Shown: in pieces, positions 45,355-63,200 of the stretch
Numbering within the stretch: position 1 is the stretch's first letter
How the letters are laid out: each line of letters opens with the position of its first letter
Source of the DNA: the human T2T-CHM13v2.0 reference genome, Homo sapiens
Length of the DNA: 64,000 bases
Strand: one strand, 5' to 3'
NCBI RefSeq assembly: GCF_009914755.1
Contig: NC_060947.1
Program-made: the position numbers and the translations under genes
The notes under the pieces: generated by a model
Told to the model about the DNA's origin: nothing
Database searches by the model: none
The model's input: the letters and a program-made list of their open reading frames with translations, nothing else

Positions 45355-48059
45355 CAGAATTCGGTAAGAAAATTTGATTTTTCAGTGAGGGCTAGACAAA
45401 AGGAGTGCCAAGTGGGTAAATGAGTTGTGACTCATCTGATGATTTTTATTTATCTTGGAAAAACACCTAACTTCTTGATTCTAGCTTCTGTTGTGGCAAT
45501 TACTTTCCGTATTTGTCAAGAACTTTTAACATCAAGGTTTTCAAGTTTGGTTAAATATAAAATTCTTTCAGTAATGATCAGCCGCTTATATTGAAAACCT
45601 GTGCATTTCCAAATTTATATACATTTGAATTTAATAGTTCTGTTTGTTCATTAGCAGAAACTTAAATCACATAATAAAATATTAAAACAAAATTGAATCA
45701 AAGCAAATGTGACTTAAAAATATTATGATCCATTCAGTATTATTGGGTTTTCAAAATCATACAAAGTTTGATTTCAAAAAAATTTCCCAACTGCCTGTTT
45801 TTGCTTTGGAATGTCCACATCGATACAATTTTGGAAAAATTTTTGAGTGAAGATACAGTTGCAAATTTAGGTAAAGGTTGAATTTCTATTCTTTCCAAAG
45901 CCTACCATCTTGTAGCATTGTACGTAAATGACCCTGCATTTAGTAGAGTATTAATTTGTATATTTTACTCATAGAAAGCTGGATACAAATGTCAGGGTGA
46001 GAATGTGCATTCATTTGTAAGGCAATCCGTCTCCCCTTTTTACAAATAAATGGCAGTTAGCATGTACAAAATAGCATTAAGTAGCTAATGCCTATGATTT
46101 AACAAGGGATTAGTGATCCAAATAAGTGAAATCTGTTTCTCCTAAACTTGTGGCATTTGTGAATATCTTTATTTCATAATAATTTGTAGAAGAACTGACT
46201 GATTTCTAACTGAATTTGATGGACTAGTAAATATATCCCACAATATTTTAGTACAAATATCTTCTGTAATTTCTGAGGGAGATCTATAATTCATTAATTA
46301 ACACGTTATTAGTTTATAATGTATTATGAAATATGAGCAGTTCCTTTAATTATAGACCTCCCCAGGACTATACCATAAATCCTGAAATCTCTATTAAAAA
46401 ATTTGAAGTTATGCTTATAAGGAAACCTTGATCAACTGCCATATTAATTCAAGGGCATAACTGAAACTCTTCAGTAGTGTTCCACATTTGTTTTCATCTT
46501 GTTCAAGATTAAACTCCTGTGGCAAAAGTGGAACTGAAACCAGGCACATTTTTTTCTACCTAAGGTGGTGATATATGTATATATATATATATATAGAGAG
46601 AGAGAGTAATACATCAAACACAGATATGAATAGAACAAACATAGTTTTGTTCTTTAGCCTGTTGAGGTGATGGACTGTGTTAACTGGTTTTCACAAGTTG
46701 AATGAGATTTGAATAAATGGAATAAATTCCACTTGGTTATGTTGTGTGATTATTTTATACATTGTTTCATTTACTTTGATGATATTTTATTGACAGATTT
46801 GGACTGTGGTTTTTTTCTTGCAATGTCTTTAGTTTTGGTATCAGGTTAATGCTAATCTCATGGTTTGACTTAGGAAATATTTTCTTTGATTCTACCTTTA
46901 AGAAAAGATTATAGAGAATTGGAACAATTTCTTTCTTAAATTCTTGGTAGAATTAATCAGTGTACAAGTCTGGGCCTCATGCTTTTTATTTTGGAAGGTT
47001 ATTGTTTATTGATTCAACTTTAAAAATAGATATAGGCCTTTTCAAAGTGTCTACTTCTTCTATGAAATTTGGTAGATGTGTCTTTCAAGGAGCTGGTCCA
47101 TTTCATGTAAGTTATCAAATTGTGAGCATAGAGTTGTTAATAATATTCATATATATTCATATACTATCCTTATATTGTCCATGAGATCTGTAATGCTGTC
47201 CCCTCTTTTATTTCTGACATTAGTGATTGGAGTCTTCTCTCTTTTATTCTTAGGTATCCTGGCTAGAGGCTTATTGATTGTATTACTCTATTCCAGAAAC
47301 AGCTTTTCTATTCCTTGTTTTTCTCTTTTGACTTGTTTTTAACTTTGTTGATTTCCACACTGATTTTTTTATTGATACAACATATTTTACATATTTATGG
47401 GGTACATATTATATTTTGTTACATGCATAGAAGGTGTAATGATCAAGTTGGGATATTTAGGGTATCCCCACATCGGTATTTATTATTTCTATGTGTTGGG
47501 GACATTTCAAGATCTCTCTTTCAGCTACTTAGAAATATACAATACATTGTTGCTAACTATGGTCATCCTACTTTTTATTAAAATGTATACATTCTATCTA
47601 ACTGTGTGTTTGTTCCCATTGACCAACTTCTATCCATTCCTCCTACCCACCCACTGAACCTTCCTAGCCTCTGGTATTTACCATTCTATTCTCTACTTTC
47701 ATAAGATCTACTTTTTAAATTCCCACACTATGAGGAAAAATATGAGATTTTTTTGTGTGTGTCTGGCTTATTTTACTTAACATAATGACCTCCAGTTCTT
47801 TCTCTGTTGCTACTAATGGCATGATTTCATTTTTAATGCTGATAATATTCCATTGTGTATATATACCATACTTTCTTTATCCATGCATTCATTGATAGAC
47901 AGGTCAATTCCATATCTTTATTATTTTGAATAGTGCTGCAATTAACCTGTGAGTGCAGATATTGCTTTGCTACACCGGTTTCTTTTCTTTTGGATAAATA
48001 ACCAGTTGTGGGATTACTGGTAGTTTTTTTAGTTTTTTTTTTTCTTGAAGATTTGATAT

Positions 48060-49146
<1,087 letters not shown>

Positions 49147-51686
49147 TTTTATTTTTAGTTTGTTTTAGAAGTCTCCATAATGTTTTCCATAGTGGCTGTA
49201 CAAATTTACATTCCTACCAACGGTGAATAAGAATATAGTTCTCTTCACATCCTTGCCAGCACCTGTTATTTTTTGACTTTTTAATAATGGCTATTCTAAC
49301 CAGGGTAGGATGATATCTCATTGTGGTTTTGAATTACATTTTCCTGATGATTAATGATGTTGGACATTTTTTCATATAACTGTTAGCCATTTGTATGTCT
49401 TCTTTTGGGAAATGTCTATTCATGTTCTTTGCCCACTTTTTAATGAAATCATTATTATTACTTTTTTACTATCGAGTTGTTTGAGTTCCTTGTGTATTCT
49501 GGATTTCAGTCCCTTGTTGGATGAATAGTTTGCAAATATTTTCTCCCATTCAAGAGGGTATTTCTCCATTGTGTTGGTTATTTCCTTTGCTGTGAATAAG
49601 TTTTTTAGTTTAAGATAGTCCCATTTGTCTATTTTTGTTTTTATTGTCTGTGCTTTTGATGTTTTAGCCATAAAATATTTGCCTACATCAGAATTCTGAA
49701 GTGTTTTCTCCATGTTTTCTAGTAACTTTATAGCTTTTGGTCTCACGTTTGAATCTTTAATCTATCTTGAGTTGATTTTTGTATACCATGTGAGATAAGG
49801 GCTCAGTTTCGTTCTTCTGCATATAGATATCCAATATTCCACTCTAATTTTTCTTCTTTCTTCTGCTCAGTTTGGATTTAATTTGCTTTTTTCTTTTTTT
49901 AGTTTCTTAAGGTAGAAGATTAGATTATTAATTTTATATTTTTCTTCATTTCTAATTTGTGCCTTCAATGCTGTAAATTTCCTTCTAAGCAGTTTTTTCT
50001 GCATCCCATAAATTTTGAATAGTTGTATTTTTATTTTTATTTAGTACAAAATATTTTTAAATTTCCATGGAAACTTCTTCTTTGACCCTTGTGTTATTTA
50101 GAAGTGTGTTTAATCTCCAAGTATTCTGGGGGTTTCTAGCTATCTTTATGTTACCGATTTCTGTTTAATTCCATTGTGGTCTGAGAACAGACCTTGTATA
50201 ATTTCCTTTCATTTAAAATTGTTCAGGGTTTTTTCTATGGCCCAAAATGTGATCTATCTTAGTGAATGTTCCAAGTGAACTTGAGAAGAATGTGTAATTT
50301 GCTGTTGCTGGATGAAGTAATCTACAGAGGTAGATTATATCCAGTTGATTGATGGTTTCACTGAATTCAACTATGTCCTTACTGACTTCCTGCCTGCTAG
50401 ATCTGTCCATATCTGATAGACGGGTGTTAGAGTCTCCTGCTCTAATAGTTGATTCGCCTATGTATTCTTGAACTTCTATCAGTTTTGCCTCACATTTTGA
50501 TGCTCTGTGGCATATACTTTAAGGTTGTCTGTGTCTTTTTGGAAAAATTGACTCCTCTCTCATTTTGTAATGGCCCCCTTTATTTCTGATAAATTTCCTT
50601 ACACTGAAGTCTCCCTGGAATAAAATTAATATGGCAACTCAAGCTTTCTTTTGATTTGTGTTAGCATGGTACAACTTATCCATCCCTTTACTTTTTTAAT
50701 TTGCATACATATTTATATTTAAAATGGAATTTTTTGGCAAGGTATAGTTGGACCTTGTATTTTGATCCACTCTGACAATTTCTCTTCTTTAATTGATGTA
50801 TCTAGACCATTGAAGTTGGATACACATCTAACATATTTGTTACTATTTTTAATTCATTGTCCTTGTTCTTTGTTCTTATTTTTGCCTTCCATCCTTTTTC
50901 TGCTTTGTGTGTGTTTGTATGTGTTTCTTTTATTTTGGTGCAGACATTCTTTTTTAAAGTTTTGTGTAAAAATCAATGCAGGATATTTAGCATATATATT
51001 GCCTCATGTATTTATCATTTCTTTGTTGTGAGAACATTAAAAATCTTGTCTTCCAGCTATTTTGAAATTTATAATACAATATTGTTAATTGTAGTCTCCT
51101 TATGTAGTTACTCTACTGTGCAATGGAACAGCAGAGATTATCCCTCTTATGTAACTGTAATGTTGTACCTGTTGACCAACCTCTCCCTCTCTCCTCCCTC
51201 GCACCATTTCCTAGATGATGGAAACCACTATTCTACTCTCTTCTTCTATAAAACCAACCTCTTTAATTTTTAATGTTTATGAGTAAATGGTAGGTGTATA
51301 TATTTATAGGGTGCATGAGATATTTTGATACAGGCATATAGTGTATAGTAATCACATCAGGGTAAAATGGGGAAGCCTTCACCTCAATAATTTAATAATT
51401 TATCAATATTAGATCTTATTCATTCTATCTAACTATATTGTTATGTTCATTAAACATCTCCACTTTTCTCCCTCCTCCCCAGTGCCCTTCCCAGCTTCTG
51501 GTAACCATCATTCTCCTCTCTGTCTCCATTAGTTCGACGTTTTGATTTTTAGGTGCCACAAATGAGTGAGAACATGTGAAGATTGTCTTTCTATGTCTGG
51601 TTTAACTTAACATAATGAGCGCCAGGTTCATCCATGTTGTTGCGAATGATGGGATTTTATTCTTTTTTATGACTGAAAAGTATTCC

Positions 51687-51688
<2 letters not shown>

Positions 51689-51722
<34 letters not shown>
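51689..51722. repeat. (TG)n microsatellite
   Basis: About 17 TG units. Confidence 0.95.
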
Positions 51723-51726
<4 letters not shown>

Positions 51727-52029
51727 CACCACATTTTCTTTATCCATTAATCTGTTCATGAACACAAGTTGATTCCATGTCTTGACTATTGTGAATTTTG
51801 CTGTAATAAACATGGGAATGCAGATACCTCTTTGATATACTGATTTTATTTCCTTTGGGTATACACCTAGTAGTGAGATTGCTGGATCATATAGTAATTT
51901 TATTTTTAATTATTTGAGGAAACTCCATATTATTTTCCATAATGACTACGTTAATTTTCATTTCCACAAAAAGTGTATGAGTTCCTCTTTTTTCACATCT
52001 ACAGCAGCATTTGCTACTCCTTGTTTAAA

Positions 52030-52062
52030 AATTACATATTATTATATATATTATACTATATA

Positions 52063-52103
<41 letters not shown>

Positions 52104-52375
52104 ATTAGTGACAGGGTCTTGCTCTGTTGTGCAGTCTAGAGTTCAGTGGTATGATCAAACTCCTGGGCTCAAGTGATTATCCTGCCTCAGCCTCTTGAGT
52201 AATTGGTATTATAGGCATATGCCACCATGCCCAGTTATCCTTTTAACATTTTTTTGTGGAGATGGGAATTTGCTATGTTGCACAGGCTGGTCTCAAACTT
52301 TTGGCCTTAAGGGATCCTTCTGCTTCAGCTTCCCAAAGTCCTGGGATTACAGGCATGGGTCACTGCACCCAGCCT
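52030..52375 (-). mobile_element. AluJ-like element with a TA/TG microsatellite-derived tail
   Basis: GACAGGGTCTTGCTCTGTTG..CTCCTGGGCTCAAG..CCCAAAGTCCTGGGATTACAGGC. Confidence 0.85.
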
Positions 52376-52558
52376 TATTTTTTGTCTTTTTGATAATGGC
52401 CACTCTAATTTGGGTGAAGTGATCGCTCATTGTGGCTTTGATTTCCATTTACATTGTGGTGAATGATGCAGAACATTTTTTTTTACCTGCCTGTTGGCCA
52501 TTCTTGTGTCTTCTTTTGAGAAATGTCTATTCAGGTCTTTTGCTCATTTTTAAGTAGT

Positions 52559-52562
<4 letters not shown>

Positions 52563-52596
<34 letters not shown>
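52563..52596. repeat. (TG)n microsatellite followed by poly(T)
   Basis: About 17 TG units. Confidence 0.95.
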
Positions 52597-52601
<5 letters not shown>

Positions 52602-54296
52602 TTTTTTTTTTTTTTGCTATTGTCTTTTTTGAGTTTCTTACGCAATCTGGATATTAACCCCTTGTCAGATGTGTAGTTGTAAATATTTTTTCTCTCATTT
52701 TGTAGGTTGTCTTTTCATTGTGGTGATTGTTTCTTTTGCTGTGCAGAAACTTTTAAGTTTGTTGAAATCCCATTTGTTTCTTTTTGCTTTTGTAGCTTAT
52801 TCTTTTGGGGTCTTATCCAAAAATTTTTTGCCTAGATCAGTGTCATGAAGCATCTCCCCTATGTTTTCTTCTGGGAGTTTTTTTCATTTCAGGTTTTGCA
52901 TTTATGTCTTTCATCCATTTCCAGTTGATTTTTGTATATGCCAAGAGATAAGGGACTTCTAGCTTCATTCCTCTGCAAGTGGATATCCAGCTTTCTCAGC
53001 ACTATTTGTGGAAGAGACGGTCATTTCTCCATCGTGTGTCCTTGCCACCTTTGTGAAGAATCAGTAGGTTGTAAACACATGGATTTATGTCTGGGCATGC
53101 ATGGATTTATTTTTGGGCTATCTTTTCTGTCCCATGGGTCTATGTGTCTGTTTTCATGCCAGTACCATGCTGTTTTGGTTACTATAACTTTGTAATATAT
53201 TTGGAAGTCAGGTAGTGTGATGCCTCCAGCTTTTCTTTTTTTGCTCAAGCTTGCTTTGGCTATTTGGGGTCTTTTGTAGTTCCATATAATTTTTAGAATT
53301 TTTATCTATTTCCATAAGAAATGTCATTGATATTTTAATAGAGATTGCATTGAATCTGTAATATTGACGTTTTTACAATATTAATTAGTCCAATCCATAA
53401 TCGCAGAATATTCTTCCATTTATTTGTGCCTTCTTCAATATCTTTCATCAATATTTTATAGTTTTCAGTGTAGAGACCTTTATCCCCATTGATTAATTTT
53501 TTTCTTAAACATTTTATTTTTTGTACCTATTGATATTTCACTGTGTATAGAAATACTATGGTTTATGTACTTTAATTTTGTATTCTGCAACTTTGCTGAA
53601 ATCATTTATTAGTTTGAATAGTTTTTCACTGGAGTCACTTGGGTTTCCTACATATAAGACTATACTTTCTGCAAACATGGACAGTTTAACTTCTACTTTT
53701 CCAATTTGAATGAATTTTTTTTTTTTTTTCTGGTCTAGTTTCTCTGGTTAGGGATATTACTGTGTTGAAAAAGAAGTGATGAAAGTGGGGATCCTTTCCA
53801 AGTCTTATAGGGAAAGCCTTCAACTTTTTGCCATTGAGTATGATGTAAACTACAGATTAGTCATATATGGTCTTTATTATCTTAAGGTGTGTTCCTTGTA
53901 ATCCTAGTGTGTTTGGAGTTATTTTGAATTTTGTCAAATGCTTTTTCTGCACCAACTGAAATTATCATATGGTCTTTGTCCTACATTTTGTTAATGAGAT
54001 TTATCATGTTTATCAATTTGCATATATTGAAACATACTTGCATGCCTGGGATGAATCCAACTTAATCGTGGTGACTAATATTTTTAATGTGCTGTTAAAT
54101 TCACTTTGCTAGTATTTTATTGGGGATTTTTGCATCTATGCATATTAGAGATATTTGCCTGTAGTTTTCTTTTTCTGTGCTCTTCTCTGATTTTGGTATT
54201 ATGGTAATGCTGACCTTGTAGAGTGATTCTGGAAATACTCTCTCATCTTTACGTTTTTGGAATAATTTGAGATAGAATTGGTAGTAGCTGTTTACA

Positions 54297-54598
54297 TTAT
54301 TTTATTTTATTTTTTATTAAGATAAGGCCTTGCCCTGTCACCCAGGCTGGAATGCAGTAGTGCTATCATGGTTCACTGTAGCCTTGAACTCAGCTTAAGT
54401 GACACTCTCATCAGCCTCCTAAATAGCTAGCACTACAGGCACACACCACGATAACTGGTAAATTATTATTATTATTTTTTGTAGAGACAGGGTCTTGCTA
54501 TGTTGCCCAGGCTGATCTCAAACTCCTGGTCTCAAGCAATCCTCCTGCCTTGGCCTCCCAATAGTCTAGGACTACAGGCTTGAGCCATCGTGTGTGGC
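54297..54598 (-). mobile_element. AluJ-like element
   Basis: CTGTCACCCAGGCTGGAATGCAG..GTAGAGACAGGGTCTTGCTATGTTGCCCAGGCTG. Confidence 0.88.
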
Positions 54599-55445
54599 TA
54601 GTTCTTCCTTATATGTTTGGTAGAATTCAGCAGTAAAGTCATGAGGTCCTGGGCTTTTCTCTGATAGTAAACCTTTTATTACTGATTCAGTCTCAAACTT
54701 ATTATTGGTTTGTTGAAATTTTTTGTTACTTTATGATTCAACCTTCGTAGGTTGTATGAGTACAGGAATTTATCCAATTTGTTGGTGTATAATTGTTCAC
54801 AATAGTTATTTTATATTTCTGTGGTATCAGTTGTAATATCTCCTTTTTCATCTCTGGTTTTGTTTATTTGAGTTTTCTCTCTTTTTTCCTTAGTGTGGAT
54901 AATGGTTTGTTGATTTTGTTTACCTTTTCATAATACCAATTATACATTTTGTTGATCTTTTGTGCTCTTTTATTTTTTATTTATTTCTTCTATGATTTTT
55001 TAATTCTTTTTCTAATGAATGTATTTATTAGGCTTATATTTAAAAGATCATATAAGTTTTATCTGAAACACTGGTTTAGTATCTGCAAAGTTTGATTAGT
55101 GGTTTGGGAGTTGTTTACATACTGAAAAACAAGTTTAAAAAATAGAAAGATATAACATAATTTATATCATAAGCAATAAAATGAGATCCTTAAAAAGTAT
55201 TGAAATTATGGAATGCTTATCAGAAAGGCAGGGGAAAGACTTTCCCACTGTTCTCAATCCTCTTCTTTTTGCGGGGGTTTAATTCATTCTTGTTTTTATA
55301 GTTTTCTGAAGTGCACAGTCACATTGCTTATTTGAGATATTTCCTTTTTTTGAAGCAATTGTATATTGCTCTTAGAATTGCTTTTGATGTATCCCATAGG
55401 ATTTGGTATGCTGTTTCGAATTTCACTTTTCTCAAGAAATTTTTA

Positions 55446-55795
55446 TTCTCAGTAAACTATCGCAAGAACAATAAACCAAACACCGCATATTCTCACTCAT
55501 AGGTGGGAATTGAACAATGAGATCACATGGACACAGGAAGGGGAATATCACACTCTGGGGACTGTGGTGGGGTTGGGGGAGGGGGGAGGGATAGCATTGG
55601 GAGATATACCTAATGCTAGATGACACGTTAGTGGGTGCAGCGCACCAGCATGGCACATGTATACATATGTAACTAACCTGCACAATGTGCACATGTACCC
55701 TAAAACTTAAAGTATAATAATAATAAAAAAAAAAGAAAAAAAAGAAAAAAAAAAAAGAAACTACCATCAGAGTGAACAAAAAAAAAAAAAAAAAA
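55446..55795 (+). mobile_element. Short 5'-truncated L1HS (ACG diagnostic, A at 6015) with composite tail
   Basis: GATGACACGTTAGTGGG (ACG at 55625-55627) and AAACTTAAAGTATAAT. TSD AAGAAATTTTTA at 55434-55445 and 55796-55807. Confidence 0.93.
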
Positions 55796-56507
55796 AAGAA
55801 ATTTTTAAAATGTCATCAAATTTCTTAATTAAACTTTTGGTTATTAATGAGCATTTTTACAAATTTTCATGTATTTGTAGAAGTTTTGAAGTTTCTTCTA
55901 TTACTGATTTCTAGTGTTATGTCACTGTGGTAAGAAAAAATTTGATATAATTTCAATCTCTTAAATAGGTTAGGACTTGTTTTGTGGCATAATATATGAT
56001 CTATCCTAGGGAATGTTCCATATGCAGTTGAGAAGGTTGTATATTCTGCAGCTGTTTATTGTATAAATTTCATTTAGGTCCATTTGGATTCGAATGCTGA
56101 TTAAAAACAATGTTTCTTTGTTGGTTTTCTGTGTGGACGATCAGTCAGTTTCTGTAAGTGAGACGTTGATGTCCCCTACTAGTATTGTGTTGCAGTCAAT
56201 CTCTCCCTTAAGAACTATTAATATTTGTTTTATATATTTAAGTGCCCCAATGTTGGGTGCATATATATTTATGATTATTATATTCTCTTGCTGAATTAAT
56301 CCCTTTATCATTATGTAATTACTTTTTTGTCTCTGTATGGTTTTCATTTTAAAGTCTAAGTTACCTGCTACAAGTATAGCTACTCCTCTCTTTTGGTTTC
56401 TTTTTGTGTGGAATGTCTTTTTTTATTCCTTCACTTTCAGGCTATGTTTGTCCTTACCTATTAATTCAGTTTCTTGTAAGAAGCATATAGTTGAGTCTTG
56501 TTTCTTT

Positions 56508-59653
<3,146 letters not shown>

Positions 59654-60271
59654 TTAGCCACTCTATATCTTTTAAGTGGAGAATTTAATCAATTTATATT
59701 CAAGGACATTATTGAAGGGTAAGGACATATTACTGCTATTTTAAAAATTGTTTTCTAGTTTTCTTATGGATCATTTCTTCCTTTCTTCATCTCTTATTGT
59801 CTTTCTTTGTAGTTAAGCGATTTCCTCTAGTAGTTTATTTTGATTTCTTGCTTTTTATTTTAGCATATGTATTACAAGATTTTGCTTCATTGTTACCATG
59901 AGGCTTATAAAAAACATCTTACAGATATACCAGGTCATTTTAAGCTGTAAACAATATTACTTTGATCACATTAATAAAAAGTTTCTATATTTTAATCCCT
60001 CCCCCAGCTTGAATCTTTGACATCATAATTTATGTCTGTTTATACTGCATATATTTTAACAAATTATTGTAATTATTATTTTTAACAGTTTCGTCTTTTT
60101 ACTTACATACTTATGATATGTGATTCACTCACCATTGTTTCAGTTTTAGAGTATTCTTGTCTATGTATATTCTTTTACCAGCGAATTTTATACTTTCAAA
60201 TGAGTTCAGGTTACTCATTAATGTATTTTACTTTCAGTTTGAAGAACTTCCTTTAGTATCTACCTTTTATG

Positions 60272-63200
60272 TCTTTTTTTCTTCAACTTTTATTTTAAGT
60301 TCTGGGGTACGTGTGCAGGATGTGTAGGTTTGGTACATAGGAAAACGTGTGCTATGTTGTTTTGCTGCACAGATCATTCCATCGCCTAGGTATTAAGCCT
60401 GACATTCATTAGCTGTTCTTCCTGATCCTCTCCATCCTCCATGACCCCCAACAACAGGCCCCAGTGTATGTTGTTCCCACCATATGTCCATGTGTTCTTA
60501 TCATTCAGCTCCCACTTATAAGTGAGAACATGCAGTGTTTGGTTTTCTCTTCCTGCATTAGTTTGAGGAGCATAATGGCTTCCAACTCCATCCATGTCCC
60601 TGAAAAGGACATGTTTTTTTTCTTTTTGTGGCTACATAGTATTCCATGGTGCATATGTAGCACATTTTCTTTATCCAGTCTATCATTGATGGGGATTTAG
60701 GTTGATTCCATGTCTTTGCTATTGTGAATAGTGCTGCAATGAACATACACATGCATGTATCCTTATGATAGAAGGATTTATATTCCTTCGGGTATGTCCC
60801 CAGTAATGGAGTTGCTGGGTCAAATGGTATTCCTGGTTTTAGGTCTTTGGGGAATTGCCACGCTGTCTTCCACATGGTTGAAATAATTTACGCTCCCACC
60901 ACAGTATAAAAGGGTTCCTTTTCCTTCACAAGCTTGCCAGAACCTTTTTTTTTTTCACTTTTTAATAATTGCCATTCTGACTGGCATGAGATGGTATCTA
61001 ATTGTGGTTTTGATTTGCATTTCTCTATTGATCAGAGACGTTGAGCTTTTAAAAATATGTTTGTTGGCCATATGTATGTCTTCTTTGATAAGTATCTTTT
61101 CATGTCCTTTGCCAACTTTTTCATGGGGTTGTTTTTTTCTTGTAAATAATTTGTTTAAGTTTCTTGTAGACTCTGGATATTAGACCTTTGTCAAGTGGAT
61201 AGATTGCAAACATTTTCTCTCATTCTGTAGATTGTCTGTTCACTCATGATAGTTTCTCTTGCTTTGCAGAAGCTCTTTAGTTTAATTAGATCCAATTTGT
61301 CGAATTTCCTTTCATTGCAATTGCTTTTGGTGTTTTTGTTATGAAATCTTTGCCCGTGCCTATGTTGTGAATATTATTGCCTAGATTTTCTTCTAGGGTT
61401 TTAGGTTTTACATTTGAGTCTTTAATCCATCTTGAATTAATTTTTGTATATGGTATAAGGAAGGGGCCTGGTTTCAATTTTCTGCAAATGGCTAGCCAGT
61501 TACTCCAGCACCACTTATTAAATAGGTAATTCTTTCCCCATTGCTTATTTTTGTCAGGTTTGTTGAAGATTAGATGGTTGTAGGTGTGCCATCTTATTTC
61601 TGAGTTCTCTATTCTGTTCCATTGGTCTATGTGTCATTTCTTGTACTAGTGCCAGGCTGTTTTGGTTGCTGTAGGCTTGTAGCATAGTTTGAAGTCAGGT
61701 AGCATGATATCTCCAGCTTAGTTCTTTTGGTTTAGGATTGTCTGGGCTTTTTGGGCTCTTTTTTGGTCCCATATGAGTTTTAAAAGTTTTTTTCTAATTC
61801 TGTGAAGAATGTCAATGATAGTTTAATGAAAATAGATTTGAATCTATAAGTTACTTTGGGCAGTTTGGCCATTTTCACAATATTGATTCTTCCTATCAAT
61901 GAAGATGGAATGTTTTTCCATTTGTTTGTGTCATCTCTGATTTTTTTGAGCCGTGGTTTGTAGTTCTTTTTAAAGAGGTTCTTCACTAGGATCATGTCAT
62001 CTGCATACAAAGATAATTTAGTTCCCCTCTTCCTGTTGGGATGCTCTTTATTTCTTTCTCTTGCCTGTTTGATCTGTCCGGAACTTCCAATACTATGTTC
62101 AATAAAAGTGGTGAGAGAGGACATTCTTGTCTTGTACCGGTTGTAAGGGGAATGCTTTCAGCTTTTGCTTATATATATGTTATAGATGGCTCTTATTATT
62201 TTGAGGTATGTTCCTTCATTATATAGTTTATTTAGAGTTTTTAACATAAAGGGATGTTGAATTTTATCAAAAGTGTTTTCTGTATCTATTGAGACAACTA
62301 TGTGGTTTTGTCTTTAGTTCTGTTTATGTGACAAATAACATTTATTGATTTGCATATGTGAAACTAGCTTTGCATCCCAGAGATAAAGCCTACTTGATTA
62401 TGGTGGATAAGCTTTTTGATGTGCAGCTGCATTTGGTTTGCCAGTATTTTATTAAGAATTTTTGCATCAATGTTCATCAAGTATATTGACTTGAGTATTA
62501 TATTTTATTGTATTTCTGCCAGGTTTTGGTATCAAGATGATTCTGGCCTGATAGAATGAGTTAGGGAGGAGTCCTTCGTTTTCAATTTTTTGGAATAGTT
62601 TCAGTAGAAATGGTGCTAGCTCTTCTTTGTACCTCTGGTAGAATTTGGCTGTGAATCTTTCTGGTTCTGGGCCTTTTTTGGTTGGTAGGCTAGTTATTAC
62701 TGCCTCAATTTCAGAACTCGTTATTTGTCTATGCAGTGATTCATTTTCTTCCTGGTACATTTTTAGGAGGGTGTATGTGTTCAGAAATTTATTCATTTCA
62801 TCTACATTTTCTAGTTTATGTGCATAGAGATGTTTATAGTATTCTGTGATGGTTGTTTGCATTTCTATGGAGTCAGTGGTGATCCCCTTTATCATTTCTG
62901 ATTGTGTTTGCTTCTTCTCTCTTTTTTCTTTATTAGTCTAGCTAGTGGTATATCTATTTTATTAATTTTTTAAAAAATCAGCTTCTAGATTCATTGATTT
63001 TTTTGAAGGGCTTTTTGTGTCTCTATATCCTTCAGTTCAGCTCCGATCTTGGTTATTTCTTGTCTTCTGCTAGCTTTTGGGTCTGTTTGCTCTAGTTCTC
63101 TAGTTCTTTTAGTTGTGATGTTAGGTTGTTAACTTGAGATCTTTCTAGCTTTTTGATGTGGGCATTTAGTGCTATAAATTTCCCTCTTAACACTTTTTTA

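Noticed and set aside
55565-55590. G-quadruplex-forming G tract
   Set aside because: Standard feature of the L1 3'UTR.
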